64,000 nt of DNA from the human T2T-CHM13v2.0 reference genome, Homo sapiens, in assembly GCF_009914755.1 (NCBI RefSeq), contig NC_060948.1; one strand, given 5' to 3'. The notes under the pieces were generated by a model. That model ran no database searches, was not told where the DNA came from, and saw only the letters and a program-made list of their open reading frames with translations. Shown in pieces: positions 11,318-25,597 of the stretch. The translations under genes and the position numbers were made by a program. How positions within the stretch are numbered: the stretch's first letter is position 1; the number at the start of each line of letters is the position of its first letter.

Positions 11318-14300
11318 GGCCTGGAATAAAGTGGAATGCTACGGTCTCGAATGGAATAAAAATGTATGGAATGGAATGCAATGAAACGGAATCGAATGTC
11401 ATAGAATGTAATGGAATGCAAAAAAATGGAATCCAAAATCATTGACTGGAAAGGCTGGGTGTCGAAAGGAATTGACTCCAATGGTATGGAATCGAATGGA
11501 ATGGAAGTGAATAGAATCGAACTAAATCGAATGGAATGGAATTGATAGGAACGGAATGGAAAGGAATGCAATGAATTGACATGGAATGGAATCGAATGGC
11601 ATCGAATGGAATGGAATGGAATGCAATGGAATGGAATGTATTAGAATGTAATGAACTTTAATGGAATGTACTCGAATGGATTCGACTGGAATGGAATGTT
11701 CTGGAAGTGAATGGACTCCAATGGAATGGATTCAAAAGGAATGGAATCGTACGGAATGGAATCTAATGGAATGGAATTAAATGGAAGTGAATCAAATTGA
11801 ATAGCACGGAATTGAATTGAATGGAATGGAATGCAATGGAATCTAATGAAACGGAAAGGAAAGGAATGGAATGGAATGGAATGGGCTGGAATGGAAAGGA
11901 ATCGAAACGAATGGAATGGAATCGAACTGAAGAGACTGGAATGGAATGCACTGGAATGGAAGGGAGTGTAATGGAAGGTTCTCGAAAAAAATGGAATCGA
12001 ATGGAATGGAATTGAATGGAACGGAATAGAGTCGAATGGAATTGAATGGAATGGAATGGACTAGAGTGAAATGGAATCGAACCACAAGGAATGGACAGGA
12101 ATAGAATGGTCTCGAATTGAATGGAATCGTATGGAATGGCATCAAACGGAATGGAATGGACAGCCACGGAATGGAATGCACTCGAATGCAATGGAGTCGA
12201 AACTAATGGACTGGAATAGAATGGACTCGACTGGTACGGACTCCAATGGAATGGAATCGAATGGAAGGGAATCGAACGGAATGGACTCGAAGGGAAAAGA
12301 CTGCAATGGAAAGGTCTCGAATGGAATGGAAATTAATGGAATGGAATGGAATCGAATGAAATGGAGTCAAAAGGAATGGAATCGAATGGCAAGAAATCGA
12401 ATGTAATGGAATCGCAAGGAATTGATGTGAACGGAACGGAATGGAATGGAATCCAAAGGAATGGAATAGAATGGAATGGAATCGAATGGAAAGGACTCGA
12501 ATGGAAATCACTCGAATAGAATGCAATTTAATAAAATAGGATCAAATGTAATGGAATGGAATGGAAAGGAATCGAAACGAAAGGAATGGAGACAGATGGA
12601 ATGGAATGGAACAGAGAGCAATGGTATAGAATGGAATGGAATCATCTGGAATGGAATTGAATGGAATGGAATAATATGAAATGGAATGGAATGGAATGGA
12701 ATGGAATGCCCTTGAATTAAATGGACTGGAATGGAATGGACTCGAACAGAGTGGAATGGAAAGTGTTGAGATAGAATGGAATGGACTCCTTTGGAATGGT
12801 GTAGTATGCAATGCAATCGACTGGCAGGGAATCAAAAGGAATGTAATGGAATGGATTGGACTGGAATGCAATGGACTCGAATAGATTGGAAACGGAATGC
12901 AAAGGAATGGAATGGAATAGTATGGAATGGAATGGAAAGGAATGGAGTGGAATAGACTAGAGTGGAATGGAATGGACTGGAAAGCAATGGACTGGAATGG
13001 AACTTTCTTGAATGGACTGGAATCAAACGGAATGGAATGCAATGCAATCAAATGGCATGGAATAAAATAGAATGAAAGAGAATCAAATGGAATTGAATCG
13101 AATGGAATCGAATGGATTGGAAAGGAATAGAATGGAATGGAATGGAATTGACTCAAATGGAATGGACTAGAATGGAGTGGATTCGAATGGAAGGCAAAGG
13201 AATGGAATCTATTGGAATGGACTGTAATGGAATGGAATGGAAGGGATTGGAATGGACTCGAATGGAATGGACTGCAATAGAAAGGATTCGAATGGAATGA
13301 AAAAGAATTGAATGGAATAGAACAGAATGGAATCAAATCGAATGAAATGGAATGGAATAGAAAGGAATGGAATGAAATGGAATGGAAAGGATTCGAATGG
13401 AATGCAATCGAATGGAATGGAATCGAACGGAATGGAATAAAATGGAAGAAAACTGGCAAGAAATGGAATCGAAATGAATGGAGTGTTATGGAACGGACTC
13501 AAAAGGAATTGAATGTAATAGAATGGAGTGGAGTGGACTCGAATATAATGGACTGGAATGGAATGAAATCACAAGGAATGGGAACGAATGGAATGGAATG
13601 GAAAGGAATGGAATCGAATGGAAAGGAATCGAATGGAAGGGAATGAAATTGAATCAACAGGAATGGAAGGGAATAGAATAGACGGTAATGGAATGGACTC
13701 GAATAGAATGGACACGAATGCTGAAATTGAATGGACTCGAATGGAATGGAAACGAAAGGAATGTCATCGAATGGAATTGAATGGATTGGAATGAAATCGC
13801 ATAGAATGGAGTGGAATCAAATGGAATTGAATCGAAAGGAAAGGAAGCGAATGGACTGAAATGAAATGGAATGGAATTGAATGGAAAGTAATGCAATGGA
13901 ATAGAATGGAACGAAATTTCACGGAATGGAATCAAACTGAATGGAATCAAATCAATGGAATCAAATCAAATGGAATGGAAAGGAATTGAATGGAGTAGAT
14001 TGGATTGGATGGGATTGGAATGAAATGTACTGGAAAGGACTCAAATTTCATGAAACGGAATGGAATGAATTGGAACGGAATGGACTCGAATGGAATGGAA
14101 TGTCATGGAATGGCATCAAATGGAATGGCATCAAATGGAATGGAATCGAATGCAATGGAATGCTATGGAATGGAATGGAATGCATTGGAATGGAATGTCC
14201 TGTAATGGAATGGATTCGACTGGAATGGAATCGAATATAATGGAGTCGAATGAAATGGAATTGAAAGGAATGGGATCGAATACAATGGAATATACTGGAA

Positions 14301-14890
14301 TGTAATGTAATGAACTCGAATGTAATTGACTGGAATGGAATGTACATGAATGGAATGTAATCGAATGGAAAGTAATCCAATGGAATAGAATCTAATGCAA
14401 TAAAATCGACTCAGATAGAGTAGAATGTAATGGAATGGAGTGCAGTGCAATGGAATGGAATGGAATGGAATGCAATGGAATGGAATGGAATGGAATGGAA
14501 TGGAATGGAATGGAATGGGATGGAATGGGATGGAATGGTATGGAATGGATAGTAATGGACTGGAGTGAAATGGACTGAAAGGAATGGACTCAAATTGAAA
14601 GGGCTCGAAAGGAATGGAGTCAAATGGAATGGTCTGGAATGGAATGAACACGAATGTAATGCAATCCAATAGAATGGAATCGAATGGCATGGAATATAAA
14701 GAAATGGAATCGAAGAGAATGGAAACAAATGGAATGGAATTGAATGGAATGGAATTGAATGGAATGGGAACGAATGGAGTGAAATTGTATGCAGTAGAAG
14801 GGAATAGAATGGAATGCAAGCGAAAGGAAAGGAATGGATTGGAATGGAATGGAATTCATTGGAATGGAAGGGAATGTAGTGTAATGGACA
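11318..14890 (+). repeat. DYZ1 unit 4 (3573 bp)
   Basis: HaeIII spacing; private 1-bp deletion near 14577 (GGACTGAAA vs GGACTGGAAA). Confidence 0.93.
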
Positions 14891-17800
14891 GGCCTGGAAT
14901 AAAGTGGAATGCTACGGTCTCGAATGGAATAAAAATGTATGGAATGGAATGCAATGAAACGGAATCGAATGTCATAGAATGTAATGGAATGCAAAAAAAT
15001 GGAATCCAAAATCATTGACTGGAAAGGCTGGGTGTCGAAAGGAATTGACTCCAATGGAATGGAATCGAATGGAATGGAAGTGAATAGAATCGAACTAAAT
15101 CGAATGGAATGGAATTGATAGGAACGGAATGGAAAGGAATGCAATGATTTGGCATGGAATGGAATCGAATGGCATCGAATGGAATGGAATGGAATGCAAT
15201 GGAATGGAATGTATTAGAATGTAATGAACTTTAATGGAATGTACTCGAATGGATTCGACTGGAATGGAATGTTGTGGAAGTGAATGGACTCCAATGGAAT
15301 GGATTCAAAAGGAATGGAATCGTACGGAATGGAATCTAATGGAATGGAATTAAATGGAAATGAATCAAATTGAATAGCACGGAATTGAATTGAATGGAAT
15401 GGAATGCAATGGAATCTAATGAAACGGAAAGGAAAGGAATGGAATGGAATGGAATGGGCTGGAATGGAAAGGAATCGAAACGAATGGAATGGAATCGAAC
15501 TGAAGAGACTGGAATGGAATGCACTGGAATGGAAGGGAGTGTAATGGAAGGTTCTCGAAAAAAATGGAATCGAATGGAATGGAATTGAATGGAACGGAAT
15601 AGAGTCGAATGGAATTGAATGGAATGGAATGGACTAGAGTGAAATGGAATCGAACCACAAGGAATGGACAGGAATAGAATGGTCTCGAATTGAATGGAAT
15701 TGTATGGAATGGCATCAAACGGAATGGAATGGACAGCCACGGAATGGAATGCACTCGAATGCAATGGAGTCGAAACTAATGGACTGGAATAGAATGGACT
15801 CGACTGGTACGGACTCCAATGGAATGGAATCGAATGGAAGGGAATCGAACGGAATGGACTCGAAGGGAAAAGACTGCAATGGAAAGGTCTCGAATGGAAT
15901 GGAAATTAATGGAATGGAATGGAATCGAATGAAATGGAGTCAAAAGGAATGGAATCGAATGGCAAGAAATCGAATGTAATGGAATCGCAAGGAATTGATG
16001 TGAACGGAACGGAATGGAATGGAATCCAAAGGAATGGAATAGAATGGAATGGAATCGAATGGAAAGGACTCGAATGGAAATCACTCGAATAGAATGCAAT
16101 TTAATAAAATAGGATCAAATGTAATGGAATGGAATGGAAAGGAATCGAAACGAAAGGAATGGAGACAGATGGAATGGAATGGAACAGAGAGCAATGGTAT
16201 AGAATGGAATGGAATCATCTGGAATGGAATTGAATGGAATGGAATAATATGAAATGGAATGGAATGGAATGGAATGGAATGCCCTTGAATTAAATGGACT
16301 GGAATGGAATGGACTCGAACAGAGTGGAATGGAAAGTGTTGAGATAGAATGGAATGGACTCCTTTGGAATGGTGTAGTATGCAATGCAATCGACTGGCAG
16401 GGAATCAAAAGGAATGTAATGGAATGGATTGGACTGGAATGCAATGGACTCGAATAGATTGGAAACGGAATGCAAAGGAAAGGAATGGAATAGTATGGAA
16501 TGGAATGGAAAGGAATGGAGTGGAATAGACTAGAGTGGAATGGAATGGACTGGAAAGCAATGGACTGGAATGGAACTTTCTTGAATGGACTGGAATCAAA
16601 CGGAATGGAATGCAATGCAATCAAATGGCATGGAATAAAATAGAATGAAAGAGAATCAAATGGAATTGAATCGAATGGAATCGAATGGATTGGAAAGGAA
16701 TAGAATGGAATGGAATGGAATGGACTCAAATGGAATGGACTAGAATGGAATGGATTCGAATGGAAGGCAAAGGAATGGAATCTATTGGAATGGACTGTAA
16801 TGGAATGGAATGGAAGGGATTGGAATGGACTCGAATGGAATGGACTGCAATAGAAAGGATTCGAATGGAATGAAAAAGAATTGAATGGAATAGAACAGAA
16901 TGGAATCAAATCGAATGAAATGGAATGGAATAGAAAGGAATGGAATGAAATGGAATGGAAAGGATTCGAATGGAATGCAATCGAATGGAATGGAATCGAA
17001 CGGAATGGAATAAAATGGAAGAAAACTGGCAAGAAATGGAATCGAAATGAATGGAGTGTTATGGAACGGACTCAAAAGGAATTGAATGTAATAGAATGGA
17101 GTGGAGTGGACTCGAATATAATGGACTGGAATGGAATGAAATCACATGGAATGGGAACGAATGGAATGGAATGGAAAGGAATGGAATCGAATGGAAAGGA
17201 ATCGAATGGAAGGGAATGAAATTGAATCAACAGGAATGGAAGGGAATAGAATAGACGGTAATGGAATGGACTCGAATAGAATGGACACGAATGCTCAAAT
17301 CGAATGGACTCGAATGGAATGGAAACGAAAGGAATGTCATCGAATGGAATTGAATGGATTGGAATGAAATCGCATAGAATGGAGTGGAATCAAATGGAAT
17401 TGAATCGAAAGGAAAGGAAGCGAATGGACTGAAATGAAATGGAATGGAATTGAATGGAAAGTAATGCAATGGAATAGAATGGAACGAAATTTCACGGAAT
17501 GGAATCAAACTGAATGGAATCAAATCAATGGAATCAAATCAAATGGAATGGAAAGGAATTGAATGGAGTAGATTGGATTGGATGGGATTGGAATGAAATG
17601 TACTGGAAAGGACTCGAATTTCATGAAACGGAATGGAATGAATTGGAACGGAATGGACTCGAATGGAATGGAATGTCATGGAATGGCATCAAATGGAATG
17701 GCATCAAATGGAATGGAATCGAATGCAATGGAATGCTATGGAATGGAATGGAATGCATTGGAATGGAATGTCCTCTAATGGAATGGATTCGAGTGGAATG

Positions 17801-18464
17801 GAATCGAATATAATGGAGTCGAATGAAATGGAATTGAAAGGAATGGGATCGAATACAATGGAATATACTGGAATGTAATGTAATGAACTCGAATGTAATT
17901 GACTGGAATGGAATGTACATGAATGGAATGTAATCGATTGGAAAGTAATCCAATGGAATAGAATCTAATGCAATAAAATCGACTCAGATAGAGTAGAATG
18001 TAATGGAATGGAGTGCAGTGCAATGGAATGGAATGGAATGGAATGCAATGGAATGGAATGGAATGGAATGGAATGGAATGGAATGGAATGGGATGGAATG
18101 GGATGGAATGGTATGGAATGGATAGTAATGGACTGGAGTGAAATGGACTGGAAAGGAATGGACTCAAATTGAAAGGGCTCGAAAGGAATGGAGTCAAATG
18201 TAATGGTCTGGAATGGAATGAACACGAATGTAATGCAATCCAATAGAATGGAATCGAATGGCATGGAATATAAAGAAATGGAATCGAAGAGAATGGAAAC
18301 AAATGGAATGGAATTGAATGGAATGGAATTGAATGGAATGGGAACGAATGGAGTGAAATTGTATGCAGTAGAAGGGAATAGAATGGAATGCAAGCGAAAG
18401 GAAAGGAATGGATTGGAATGGAATGGAATTCATTGGAATGGAAGGGAATGTAGTGTAATGGACA
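14891..18464 (+). repeat. DYZ1 unit 5 (3574 bp)
   Basis: HaeIII spacing; HSE-A mutated at 15274. Confidence 0.93.
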
Positions 18465-21400
18465 GGCCTGGAATAAAGTGGAATGCTACGGTCTCGAATG
18501 GAATAAAAATGTATGGAATGGAATGCAATGAAACGGAATCGAATGTCATAGAATGTAATGGAATGCAAAAAAATGGAATCCAAAATCATTGACTGGAAAG
18601 GCTGGGTGTCGAAAGGAATTGACTCCAATGGAATGGAATCGAATGGAATGGAAGTGAATAGAATCGAACTAAATCGAATGGAATGGAATTGATAGGAACG
18701 GAATGGAAAGGAATGCAATGATTTGGCATGGAATGGAATCGAATGGCATCGAATGGAATGGAATGGAATGCAATGGAATGGAATGTATTAGAATGTAATG
18801 AACTTTAATGGAATGTACTCGAATGGATTCGACTGGAATGGAATGTTCTGGAAGTGAATGGACTCCAATGGAATGGATTCAAAAGGAATGGAATCGTACG
18901 GAATGGAATCTAATGGAATGGAATTAAATGGAAATGAATCAAATTGAATAGCACGGAATTGAATTGAATGGAATGGAATGCAATGGAATCTAATGAAACG
19001 GAAAGGAAAGGAATGGAATGGAATGGAATGGGCTGGAATGGAAAGGAATCGAAACGAATGGAATGGAATCGAACTGAAGAGACTGGAATGGAATGCACTG
19101 GAATGGAAGGGAGTGTAATGGAAGGTTCTCGAAAAAAATGGAATCGAATGGAATGGAATTGAATGGAACGGAATAGAGTCGAATGGAATTGAATGGAATG
19201 GAATGGACTAGAGTGAAATGGAATCGAACCACAAGGAATGGACAGGAATAGAATGGTCTCGAATTGAATGGAATCGTATGGAATGGCATCAAACGGAATG
19301 GAATGGACAGCCACGGAATGGAATGCACTCGAATGCAATGGAGTCGAAACTAATGGACTGGAATAGAATGGACTCGACTGGTACGGACTCCAATGGAATG
19401 GAATCGAATGGAAGGGAATCGAACGGAATGGACTCGAAGGGAAAAGACTGCAATGGAAAGGTCTCGAATGGAATGGAAATTAATGGAATGGAATGGAATC
19501 GAATGAAATGGAGTCAAAAGGAATGGAATCGAATGGCAAGAAATCGAATGTAATGGAATCGCAAGGAATTGATGTGAACGGAACGGAATGGAATGGAATC
19601 CAAAGGAATGGAATAGAATGGAATGGAATCGAATGGAAAGGACTCGAATGGAAATCACTCGAATAGAATGCAATTTAATAAAATAGGATCAAATGTAATG
19701 GAATGGAATGGAAAGGAATCGAAACGAAAGGAATGGAGACAGATGGAATGGAATGGAACAGAGAGCAATGGTATAGAATGGAATGGAATCATCTGGAATG
19801 GAATTGAATGGAATGGAATAATATGAAATGGAATGGAATGGAATGGAATGGAATGCCCTTGAATTAAATGGACTGGAATGGAATGGACTCGAACAGAGTG
19901 GAATGGAAAGTGTTGAGATAGAATGGAATGGACTCCTTTGGAATGGTGTAGTATGCAATGCAATCGACTGGCAGGGAATCAAAAGGAATGTAATGGAATG
20001 GATTGGACTGGAATGCAATGGACTCGAATAGATTGCAAACGGAATGCAAAGGAATGGAATGGAATAGTATGGAATGGAATGGAAAGGAATGGAGTGGAAT
20101 AGACTAGAGTGGAATGGAATGGACTGGAAAGCAATGGACTGGAATGGAACTTTCTTGAATGGACTGGAATCAAACGGAATGGAATGCAATGCAATCAAAT
20201 GGCATGGAATAAAATAGAATGAAAGAGAATCAAATGGAATTGAATCGAATGGAATCGAATGGATTGGAAAGGAATAGAATGGAATGGAATGGAATTGACT
20301 CAAATGGAATGGACTAGAATGGAATGGATTCGAATGGAAGGCAAAGGAATGGAATCTATTGGAATGGACTGTAATGGAATGGAATGGAAGGGATTGGAAT
20401 GGACTCGAATGGAATGGACTGCAATAGAAAGGATTCGAATGGAATGAAAAAGAATTGAATGGAATAGAACAGAATGGAATCAAATCGAATGAAATGGAAT
20501 GGAATAGAAAGGAATGGAATGAAATGGAATGGAAAGGATTCGAATGGAATGCAATCGAATGGAATGGAATCGAACGGAATGGAATAAAATGGAAGAAAAC
20601 TGACAAGAAATGGAATCGAAATGAATGGAGTGTTATGGAACGGACTCAAAAGGAATTGAATGTAATAGAATGGAGTGGAGTGGACTCGAATATAATGGAC
20701 TGGAATGGAATGAAATCACAAGGAATGGGAACGAATGGAATGGAATGGAAAGGAATGGAATCGAATGGAAAGGAATCGAATGGAAGGGAATGAAATTGAA
20801 TCAACAGGAATGGAAGGGAATAGAATAGACGGTAATGGAATGGACTCGAATAGAATGGACACGAATGCTCAAATTGAATGGACTCGAATGGAATGGAAAC
20901 GAAAGGAATGTCATCGAATGGAATTGAATGGATTGGAATGAAATCGCATAGAATGGAGTGGAATCAAATGGAATTGAATCGAAAGGAAAGGAAGCGAATG
21001 GACTGAAATGAAATGGAATGGAATTGAATGGAAAGTAATGCAATGGAATAGAATGGAACGAAATTTCACGGAATGGAATCAAACTGAATGGAATCAAATC
21101 AATGGAATCAAATCAAATGGAATGGAAAGGAATTGAATGGAGTAGATTGGATTGGATGGGATTGGAATGAAATGTACTGGAAAGGACTCGAATTTCATGA
21201 AACGGAATGGAATGAATTGGAACGGAATGGACTCGAATGGAATGGAATGTCATGGAATGGCATCAAATGGAATGGCATCAAATGGAATGGAATCGAATGC
21301 AATGGAATGCTATGGAATGGAATGGAATGCATTGGAATGGAATGTCCTCTAATGGAATGGATTCGAGTGGAATGGAATCGAATATAATGGAGTCGAATGA

Positions 21401-22018
21401 AATGGAATTGAAAGGAGTGGGATCGAATACAATGGAATATACTGGAATGTAATGTAATGAACTCGAATGTAATTGACTGGAATGGAATGTACATGAAAGG
21501 AATGTAATCGAATGGAAAGTAATCCAATGGAATAGAATCTAATGCAATAAAATCGACTCAGATAGAGTAGAATGTAATGGAATGGAGTGCAGTGCAATGG
21601 AATGGAATGGAATGGAATGCAATGGAATGGAATGGAATGGAATGGAATGGAATGGGATGGAATGGGATGGAATGGATAGTAATGGACTGGAGTGAAATGG
21701 ACTGGAAAGGAATGGACTCAAATTGAAAGGGCTCGAAAGGAATGTAGTCAAATGGAATGGTCTGGAATGGAATGAACAGGAATGTAATGCAATCCAATAG
21801 AATGGAATCGAATGGCATGGAATATAAAGAAATGGAATCGAAGAGAATGGAAACAAATGGAATGGAATTGAATGGAATGGAATTGAATGGAATGGGAACG
21901 AATGGAGTGAAATTGTATGTAGTAGAAGGGAATAGAATGGAATGCAAGCGAAAGGAAAGGAATGGATTGGAATGGAATGGAATTCATTGGAATGGAAGGG
22001 AATGTAGTGTAATGGACA
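18465..22018 (+). repeat. DYZ1 unit 6 (3554 bp)
   Basis: HaeIII spacing; shares unit 3 variants at offset 10701. Confidence 0.93.
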
Positions 22019-25000
22019 GGCCTGGAATAAAGTGGAATGCTACGGTCTCGAATGGAATAAAAATGTATGGAATGGAATGCAATGAAACGGAATCGAATGT
22101 CATAGAATGTAATGGAATGCAAAAAAATGGAATCCAAAATCATTGACTGGAAAGGCTGGGTGTCGAAAGGAATTGACTCCAATGGTATGGAATCGAATGG
22201 AATGGAAGTGAATAGAATCGAACTAAATCGAATGGAATGGAATTGATAGGAACGGAATGGAAAGGAATGCAATGAATTGACATGGAATGGAATCGAATGG
22301 CATCGAATGGAATGGAATGGAATGCAATGGAATGGAATGTATTAGAATGTAATGAACTTTAATGGAATGTACTCGAATGGATTCGACTGGAATGGAATGT
22401 TCTGGAAGTGAATGGACTCCAATGGAATGGATTCAAAAGGAATGGAATCGTACGGAATGGAATCTAATGGAATGGAATTAAATGGAAGTGAATCAAATTG
22501 AATAGCACGGAATTGAATTGAATGGAATGGAATGCAATGGAATCTAATGAAACGGAAAGGAAAGGAATGGAATGGAATGGAATGGGCTGGAATGGAAAGG
22601 AATCGAAACGAATGGAATGGAATCGAACTGAAGAGACTGGAATGGAATGCACTGGAATGGAAGGGAGTGTAATGGAAGGTTCTCGAAAAAAATGGAATCG
22701 AATGGAATGGAATTGAATGGAACGGAATAGAGTCGAATGGAATTGAATGGAATGGAATGGACTAGAGTGAAATGGAATCGAACCACAAGGAATGGACAGG
22801 AATAGAATGGTCTCGAATTGAATGGAATCGTATGGAATGGCATCAAACGGAATGGAATGGACAGCCACGGAATGGAATGCACTCGAATGCAATGGAGTCG
22901 AAACTAATGGACTGGAATAGAATGGACTCGACTGGTACGGACTCCAATGGAATGGAATCGAATGGAAGGGAATCGAACGGAATGGACTCGAAGGGAAAAG
23001 ACTGCAATGGAAAGGTCTCGAATGGAATGGAAATTAATGGAATGGAATGGAATCGAATGAAATGGAGTCAAAAGGAATGGAATCGAATGGCAAGAAATCG
23101 AATGTAATGGAATCGCAAGGAATTGATGTGAACGGAACGGAATGGAATGGAATCCAAAGGAATGGAATAGAATGGAATGGAATCGAATGGAAAGGACTCG
23201 AATGGAAATCACTCGAATAGAATGCAATTTAATAAAATAGGATCAAATGTAATGGAATGGAATGGAAAGGAATCGAAACGAAAGGAATGGAGACAGATGG
23301 AATGGAATGGAACAGAGAGCAATGGTATAGAATGGAATGGAATCATCTGGAATGGAATTGAATGGAATGGAATAATATGAAATGGAATGGAATGGAATGG
23401 AATGGAATGCCCTTGAATTAAATGGACTGGAATGGAATGGACTCGAACAGAGTGGAATGGAAAGTGTTGAGATAGAATGGAATGGACTCCTTTGGAATGG
23501 TGTAGTATGCAATGCAATCGACTGGCAGGGAATCAAAAGGAATGTAATGGAATGGATTGGACTGGAATGCAATGGACTCGAATAGATTGGAAACGGAATG
23601 CAAAGGAATGGAATGGAATAGTATGGAATGGAATGGAAAGGAATGGAGTGGAATAGACTAGAGTGGAATGGAATGGACTGGAAAGCAATGGACTGGAATG
23701 GAACTTTCTTGAATGGACTGGAATCAAACGGAATGGAATGCAATGCAATCAAATGGCATGGAATAAAATAGAATGAAAGAGAATCAAATGGAATTGAATC
23801 GAATGGAATCGAATGGATTGGAAAGGAATAGAATGGAATGGAATGGAATTGACTCAAATGGAATGGACTAGAATGGAGTGGATTCGAATGGAAGGCAAAG
23901 GAATGGAATCTATTGGAATGGACTGTAATGGAATGGAATGGAAGGGATTGGAATGGACTCGAATGGAATGGACTGCAATAGAAAGGATTCGAATGGAATG
24001 AAAAAGAATTGAATGGAATAGAACAGAATGGAATCAAATCGAATGAAATGGAATGGAATAGAAAGGAATGGAATGAAATGGAATGGAAAGGATTCGAATG
24101 GAATGCAATCGAATGGAATGGAATCGAACGGAATGGAATAAAATGGAAGAAAACTGGCAAGAAATGGAATCGAAATGAATGGAGTGTTATGGAACGGACT
24201 CAAAAGGAATTGAATGTAATAGAATGGAGTGGAGTGGACTCGAATATAATGGACTGGAATGGAATGAAATCACAAGGAATGGGAACGAATGGAATGGAAT
24301 GGAAAGGAAAGGAATCGAATGGAAAGGAATCGAATGGAAGGGAATGAAATTGAATCAACAGGAATGGAAGGGAATAGAATAGACGGTAATGGAATGGACT
24401 CGAATAGAATGGACACGAATGCTGAAATTGAATGGACTCGAATGGAATGGAAACGAAAGGAATGTCATCGAATGGAATTGAATGGATTGGAATGAAATCG
24501 CATAGAATGGAGTGGAATCAAATGGAATTGAATCGAAAGGAAAGGAAGCGAATGGACTGAAATGAAATGGAATGGAATTGAATGGAAAGTAATGCAATGG
24601 AATAGAATGGAACGAAATTTCACGGAATGGAATCAAACTGAATGGAATCAAATCAATGGAATCAAATCAAATGGAATGGAAAGGAATTGAATGGAGTAGA
24701 TTGGATTGGATGGGATTGGAATGAAATGTACTGGAAAGGACTCAAATTTCATGAAACGGAATGGAATGAATTGGAACGGAATGGACTCGAATGGAATGGA
24801 ATGTCATGGAATGGCATCAAATGGAATGGCATCAAATGGAATGGAATCGAATGCAATGGAATGCTATGGAATGGAATGGAATGCATTGGAATGGAATGTC
24901 CTGTAATGGAATGGATTCGACTGGAATGGAATCGAATATAATGGAGTCGAATGAAATGGAATTGAAAGGAATGGGATTGAATACAATGGAATATACTGGA

Positions 25001-25597
25001 ATGTAATGTAATGAACTCGAATGTAATTGACTGGAATGGAATGTACATGAATGGAATGTAATCGAATGGAAAGTAATCCAATGGAATAGAATCTAATGCA
25101 ATAAAATCGACTCAGATAGAGTAGAATGTAATGGAATGGAGTGCAGTGCAATGGAATGGAATGGAATGGAATGCAATGGAATGGAATGGAATGGAATGGA
25201 ATGGAATGGAATGGAATGGAATGGGATGGAATGGGATGGAATGGTATGGAATGGATAGTAATGGACTGGAGTGAAATGGACTGGAAAGGAATGGACTCAA
25301 ATTGAAAGGGCTCGAAAGGAATGGAGTCAAATGGAATGGTCTGGAATGGAATGAACACGAATGTAATGCAATCCAATAGAATGTAATCGAATGGCATGGA
25401 ATATAAAGAAATGGAATCGAAGAGAATGGAAACAAATGGAATGGAATTGAATGGAATGGAATTGAATGGAATGGGAACGAATGGAGTGAAATTGTATGCA
25501 GTAGAAGGGAATAGAATGGAATGCAAGCGAAAGGAAAGGAATGGATTGGAATGGAATGGAATTCATTGGAATGGAAGGGAATGTAGTGTAATGGACA
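22019..25597 (+). repeat. DYZ1 unit 7 (3579 bp)
   Basis: HaeIII spacing; carries unit 4-type variants. Confidence 0.93.
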